Source: Polyangiales bacterium (GTDB lineage Bacteria; Myxococcota_A; Polyangia; Polyangiales; Ga0077539). From it: a stretch of 64,000 bases of DNA. Made by a program: the position numbers and the translations under genes. Of this stretch, positions 60,175-64,000 are shown piece after piece. The stretch lies in NCBI GenBank assembly GCA_044229975.1, contig JBGARZ010000023.1, positions 88,188-152,187 of the forward strand, written 5' to 3'. Within the stretch, counting starts at the first letter, position 1, and each line of letters starts with the position of its first letter. The notes below the pieces were generated by a model. The model was not told the origin of the DNA. It made no database searches and saw only the letters and a list, made by a program, of their open reading frames with translations.

Positions 60175-61604
60175 CGAGGTCCGAGAGCCACGGCTCGTTG
60201 CGTCGCGTTGAGGGCACGCCGGCGTCGTCGACCGAGGGTCAGCAGGAGCACGGGAATCCACCCACCGAGGCGCGCCAGCGTCGGCCCGGCATGGCACCCG
60301 CAGTCGGAGGCCGCCGGAGCTCGCACGCCGACGTCGCTCATCGCAGGCACACCAGCGTCCGGGAGCGGTGAGGCGGCATCGGGAAGTGGAGGAGTCGAGG
60401 AGTCCACGACATCCTGGCTTTCCGCGTCGGGGTTCACGGCTCCGGCATCCGTTCGCGCCCGGGGTGGTTCGAGGGACGACCGGAGCGAGGGCCAGCGCTC
60501 CTGGCAGATGACCGTGCCCTCCGACGGTCTCGCGCAAGCCGGAGGACCGAGGACATCCTCGAAGCGCAGCACGCCCTCGAAGTGGTCTCCCCCGTCCATC
60601 GAACGCCCGAGCGCCCAGGGCTGGCGCACCCAATCGGTGACCGCCCAGAGCGTCCCCGCATGGAACCGCAACCCGTGCGTCGGAAGCATCCCGATCTGGG
60701 TAAAACGGCGGCCTCCGTCGGTGGACCGGAACAGTCCGCCGTCCGCGCTGCCGTACCAGACCGTCTGGCCATCGTCGGAGAGGGCAAAGCCGAGCATCGT
60801 GTCGCGGGTGCGAGCGACGACCTCGAAGTGTGCCCCGCCGTCGCCGCTGCGCAGCAGGGACGACCCCAAGCCCTCGACCACCCTCACGTAGAGCACGTCG
60901 GGGTCGGTGGGGTCGACGCCCGAGACGTACGCCTGGTCGCCGAAGCCGTCCGGGGTGCTGAGCTCGCGGAAGGTCGCGCCGCCGTCGTCGCTGCGGAGCA
61001 CCCTCGACGTGCGAGACGCAGCGTCGTCAAACCCGCTGGCGTAAAGGCGTTCGGGTCGAGACGCGGCGACCTCGACGGTGAGAAAGCGCAGGCGCTCGAT
61101 TCCCTGACCCACGCGCTGAAACGAGAGGTCGGCGCCAGCGCGGAGGATGAAACTCCGCTCGCCTGCGGTGCTCTCGGTGGCGTACAGCGTGGCGCCGTCC
61201 GGGGTGGCGGCGAGGTCGGTAATCTCCCGGTGCGAGACGCTGGTCAGGTCGCGGACGTTGCAGCCGTCGGAGAGGGCGCGGGCGCCGTCCTCGCAGCCCA
61301 GGGTGATGTCGCTCAGGGACGTCACCTCGACGGGTGGGTCAAAGCCCCGGCCCGGGACGAAGGGGAAGTACAAGAGGTCTTCGCAGTACCAGCGGAAGGT
61401 GCGCCCGGCGTCACGGCTCACCAACAGACCGAAGGTCACGCGCAGCGCGATGACGTCCGAGCGCGTGCCCGGACCCAGCACCACCTGCTGCGCCTCGGGA
61501 AAGCGCCCGTTGGCGTGAGACGCCGCCGGGGACAGCACCACGAGGGCGGCCGCGGCGAGGGCGACGCGCAAGGCGGTGGTGGGGCGACCGGTAGGGCGGA
61601 GCAT
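60171..61604 (-). CDS. BNR/Asp-box repeat surface protein with MYXO-CTERM-like tail
   Basis: Signal peptide then NGRFP; repeated RS.DGG..F; C-terminal CGC..hydrophobic..RRRRR. Confidence 0.8.
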   Translation of the reverse strand: MLRPTGRPTTALRVALAAAALVVLSPAASHANGRFPEAQQVVLGPGTRSDVIALRVTFGLLVSRDAGRTFRWYCEDLLYFPFVPGRGFDPPVEVTSLSDITLGCEDGARALSDGCNVRDLTSVSHREITDLAATPDGATLYATESTAGERSFILRAGADLSFQRVGQGIERLRFLTVEVAASRPERLYASGFDDAASRTSRVLRSDDGGATFRELSTPDGFGDQAYVSGVDPTDPDVLYVRVVEGLGSSLLRSGDGGAHFEVVARTRDTMLGFALSDDGQTVWYGSADGGLFRSTDGGRRFTQIGMLPTHGLRFHAGTLWAVTDWVRQPWALGRSMDGGDHFEGVLRFEDVLGPPACARPSEGTVICQERWPSLRSSLEPPRARTDAGAVNPDAESQDVVDSSTPPLPDAASPLPDAGVPAMSDVGVRAPAASDCGCHAGPTLARLGGWIPVLLLTLGRRRRRALNATQRAVALGPR

Positions 61605-62404
61605 CTACTGCCCCGTCGGCCCGCCGAAGACCGGTCGACCATCTGGGGTCGCCGCGTAGGCCCGACCGTCGAAGAAGAAGCGTTCCTCAGAGGCGCCGCG
61701 CTGCGTCGGGTCCGTGTTGCCGATCTCGCCCGCGAGCAGGCGCGTGCCGGTTATCGCACCCGGACCGCCGTAGCGGAGCGTGAGCCCGTGGCGACCGACC
61801 ATGAACACGCTCAAGCTCTCGCCGCCAGCATCACGCTGCGGTAGAGCACCCCCGCGCTGTCCACCGCGCTGGCGTCTGTCGCTGTGGATGCCGTCGTCGC
61901 GAGCAGGTAGAGCACGTCGGGGTCGCGCGGATCGACGCCGGAGACGTAGGCCCCGGGACCGCCGAAGCGCGGTGGTTCGGACCCAGTTGAGTCCGCCATC
62001 GTCACTGCGAAATAGGAAGGGGGCGTCGCCGACGGGGCCGCTCGCGTAGAGCCACCGCGGATCGGAGGGGCGACCTCGATGATCTCCATGACGCTGTTCG
62101 CGAAGCGGTCGCCGACGAAATCGAAGGTGAGCCCGTTGTTGGTCGAGCGTGCCGCACGGGGCTCGGGCGTGGTGCTGGGCGTGATCGTGATCGTCCAGGT
62201 CACGCGCCCGTCGGGCGAGGCCGCGAGGTCGCGGACGGCGAGCGACTCGAGGTCCAGTTGGCGACGAAACGTGTGGCCGTCGCGGGTGCTGACGAGGACT
62301 CGGAGGCGTTGCTGGCGCGACGGTACGACGCTCCACGCGCAGGCCGCGCGAGGGTCGCTTCGGAGCGCAACCTCGGCATCGCGCGACCCTTGTGTAGAGG
62401 CCAT
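61605..62404 (-). pseudogene. Mosaic relic: BNR-protein paralog fragments joined to the 3' end of a 52565-53728 paralog
   Basis: 61605-61810 matches 52565-52840 with two in-frame deletions; 61811-62404 carries frameshifted DLAASPDG, RSDDGG and AYVSGVDPRDPDVLY pieces. Confidence 0.75.
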
Positions 62405-62407
62405 CCC

Positions 62408-63313
62408 TCACTCCTCGCTCGGCGCTGTCGCGCCTGTGTAGACAAGCTCCGGCGGGGTCTCGCTGCCCAGAAGCTCACGCTCGATGGTCATACAAATCCG
62501 AGTGAGGGCCAGGTCGTTCGCGTCGTGACCGAACGGGTCGTCGAGGTCGGTGGCGAGTGCGTCGAGCAGCAAGATCGGATAAGCGATCAGCATCGTCACC
62601 ACCGGGGCGAACGCCTCGACGCGGGTCACGAGCATGAAGGGCATCGTCGCCAGGTAGAGCGCAATAAAGCGCTCGAACAGCAACACATACCCGAGCGGCG
62701 TCGGCGTCTTGCGAATCTTCTCGCAGCCTCCGAGCGCATCCACCAGGGCCGCGACGAGTCGCTCCGACCAAGTGATCAGGCTCGGGTCAACAGCGCGGCG
62801 ATCGAGCGCCGCCACGAGGTGATCGGTGAGCCGCCCAGCAGCGTACCCTGGCAAATGGGGCGCTGCGGACAACGCAGAGAACGCCTCGCCCGAGAGGAGC
62901 CGCTGGATCTCGGGGCGCTGCGTCTCGTCGCGAAGGTGCCTCCGCGCGGCATGCGCGAAGACCACGACCCACGTTGCGAAGTCACGGGCGTCGTCCGCGT
63001 TGAGTTTGGCAAAGCGCGGGACCATCCGGCCGAGGTTGCGGCAGGAATTGACGATCATGCCCCACAACGAGCGCCCCTCCCAGAAGCGGTTGTAGGCAGT
63101 GTTCGTGCGGAACGCGAGCACTAGCGCAATCAGCGCGCCGCCGGTCTCGTGAACACCCGCGGGGAGGTGGACCTGGAAGCCACCGCGGTCGAGCAGGACG
63201 ACCCCTGTAGCGATCGCTCCGAAGAGCAGCACTCGCAACGTGACGCCACGCGAGGACGAGCCGCGTAGCGAGAACAAGAGGCGCAGCCAAGTGGTGCCCT
63301 TGTAGGGGATCAC
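62408..63313 (-). CDS. Bestrophin-family (YneE-like) ion channel
   Basis: LAFRTNTAYNRFWEGR..WG, CEKIRKTPTP..Y, DDPFGHDANDL. Confidence 0.9.
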   Translation of the reverse strand: MIPYKGTTWLRLLFSLRGSSSRGVTLRVLLFGAIATGVVLLDRGGFQVHLPAGVHETGGALIALVLAFRTNTAYNRFWEGRSLWGMIVNSCRNLGRMVPRFAKLNADDARDFATWVVVFAHAARRHLRDETQRPEIQRLLSGEAFSALSAAPHLPGYAAGRLTDHLVAALDRRAVDPSLITWSERLVAALVDALGGCEKIRKTPTPLGYVLLFERFIALYLATMPFMLVTRVEAFAPVVTMLIAYPILLLDALATDLDDPFGHDANDLALTRICMTIERELLGSETPPELVYTGATAPSEE

Positions 63314-63317
63314 GGTT

Positions 63318-63872
63318 TCAACCGCAGCATGGCAAGGCAGCGACCTCGACGGGGTGGAAGGTGACACCATGGGATGTCGCGATCATCTCGATGAGTGGGT
63401 CGTGGTGCAGGCGCGAGATCATCCGCAAGACCTGCGCCTGGTCGTGCCCCATCACCACGAAGTCACGCAGCTTGAGGTGGACCACCGCGTAGAAAAACCC
63501 GGCTACGGTGTAGGGACCGAAGGGGCTGTGAGGCAGATCAAACGAGCCGCTCGCGAACGCGAACACCTGGTTGGGGCCGAACTCGCCGAGCGACACCCCG
63601 CGAATCCGCTCGTACGCCTCCGCCGCGCGGGAGCGCGCGTCAGGTACGTCGCAGGTCGCGAACAACCCGACCGCCGGGGCCTGCGTCGAGGTCCGCTGCG
63701 CAAGCTCGGGATGGTCGGGGGGGAGCGTGGCGTATCGCTCGCGCAGCTCAACGTAGACGTCGTCCCAGAAGGTCCGCCGGTCGGGGTGCCCGTCGAGGCG
63801 GAAGTAGGCGTTCTTGCCATAGTCCTGGATGCCGACCGTGATCTCGATGCCGACGCTACGTGCGCTTGTCAA
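63318..63872 (-). CDS. Hypothetical protein
   Basis: 184-aa protein-like ORF ending PCCG, 4 nt upstream of the bestrophin start. Confidence 0.55.
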   Translation of the reverse strand: MTSARSVGIEITVGIQDYGKNAYFRLDGHPDRRTFWDDVYVELRERYATLPPDHPELAQRTSTQAPAVGLFATCDVPDARSRAAEAYERIRGVSLGEFGPNQVFAFASGSFDLPHSPFGPYTVAGFFYAVVHLKLRDFVVMGHDQAQVLRMISRLHHDPLIEMIATSHGVTFHPVEVAALPCCG

Positions 63873-64000
63873 ACACCTACCAACAAGAAATGGCGGACGT
63901 CCGTTGGCGCGGCCTGGCGAGCGCCTTGGCGTGACCGGCTGACGCTCGGGCGCTCGTTGGTTTTGGCGTCGCAGCGATCGCCGTCGAGCCCGTCGCCGTC

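Overview
GC-rich bacterial DNA, probably Myxococcota/Polyangiales-like (many lipoproteins with DAG/DA-rich linkers and a MYXO-CTERM-type tail). The window is a large metal-homeostasis region interrupted by a defence/mobile island. 1-17.2 kb: copper module (CusCBA-type RND, CopA with YHS domain, CopZ, TolC plus two multicopper oxidases, a cupredoxin, a DUF692/MNIO-DUF2063 RiPP cluster with an unusual lipoprotein precursor, a double DUF305 protein). About 19-37 kb: island with an AAA-ATPase/S8-protease pair, unknown ORFs, a CBASS-type CD-NTase(AGS-C) plus S_4TM effector, an ABC-ATPase/DUF4276 pair, a Ser/Thr kinase plus DUF3892, an AbiE-like type IV TA pair, a serine recombinase and an XRE regulator. 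37-64 kb: Zn/Cd/Co module (two Fur-family paralogs, CadA/ZntA, ArsR, CzcBA, a P1B-4 ATPase, TlpA, MbnP/MbnH), an animal-type protein-arginine deiminase lipoprotein, and several decayed gene fragments with microhomology-flanked deletions. Best novelty candidates: the lipid-anchored MNIO precursor, the unassigned genes and operator architecture of the defence island, and the PAD locus. All assignments come from reading motifs by eye; no database searches were run, and several start codons are my best choice among alternatives.
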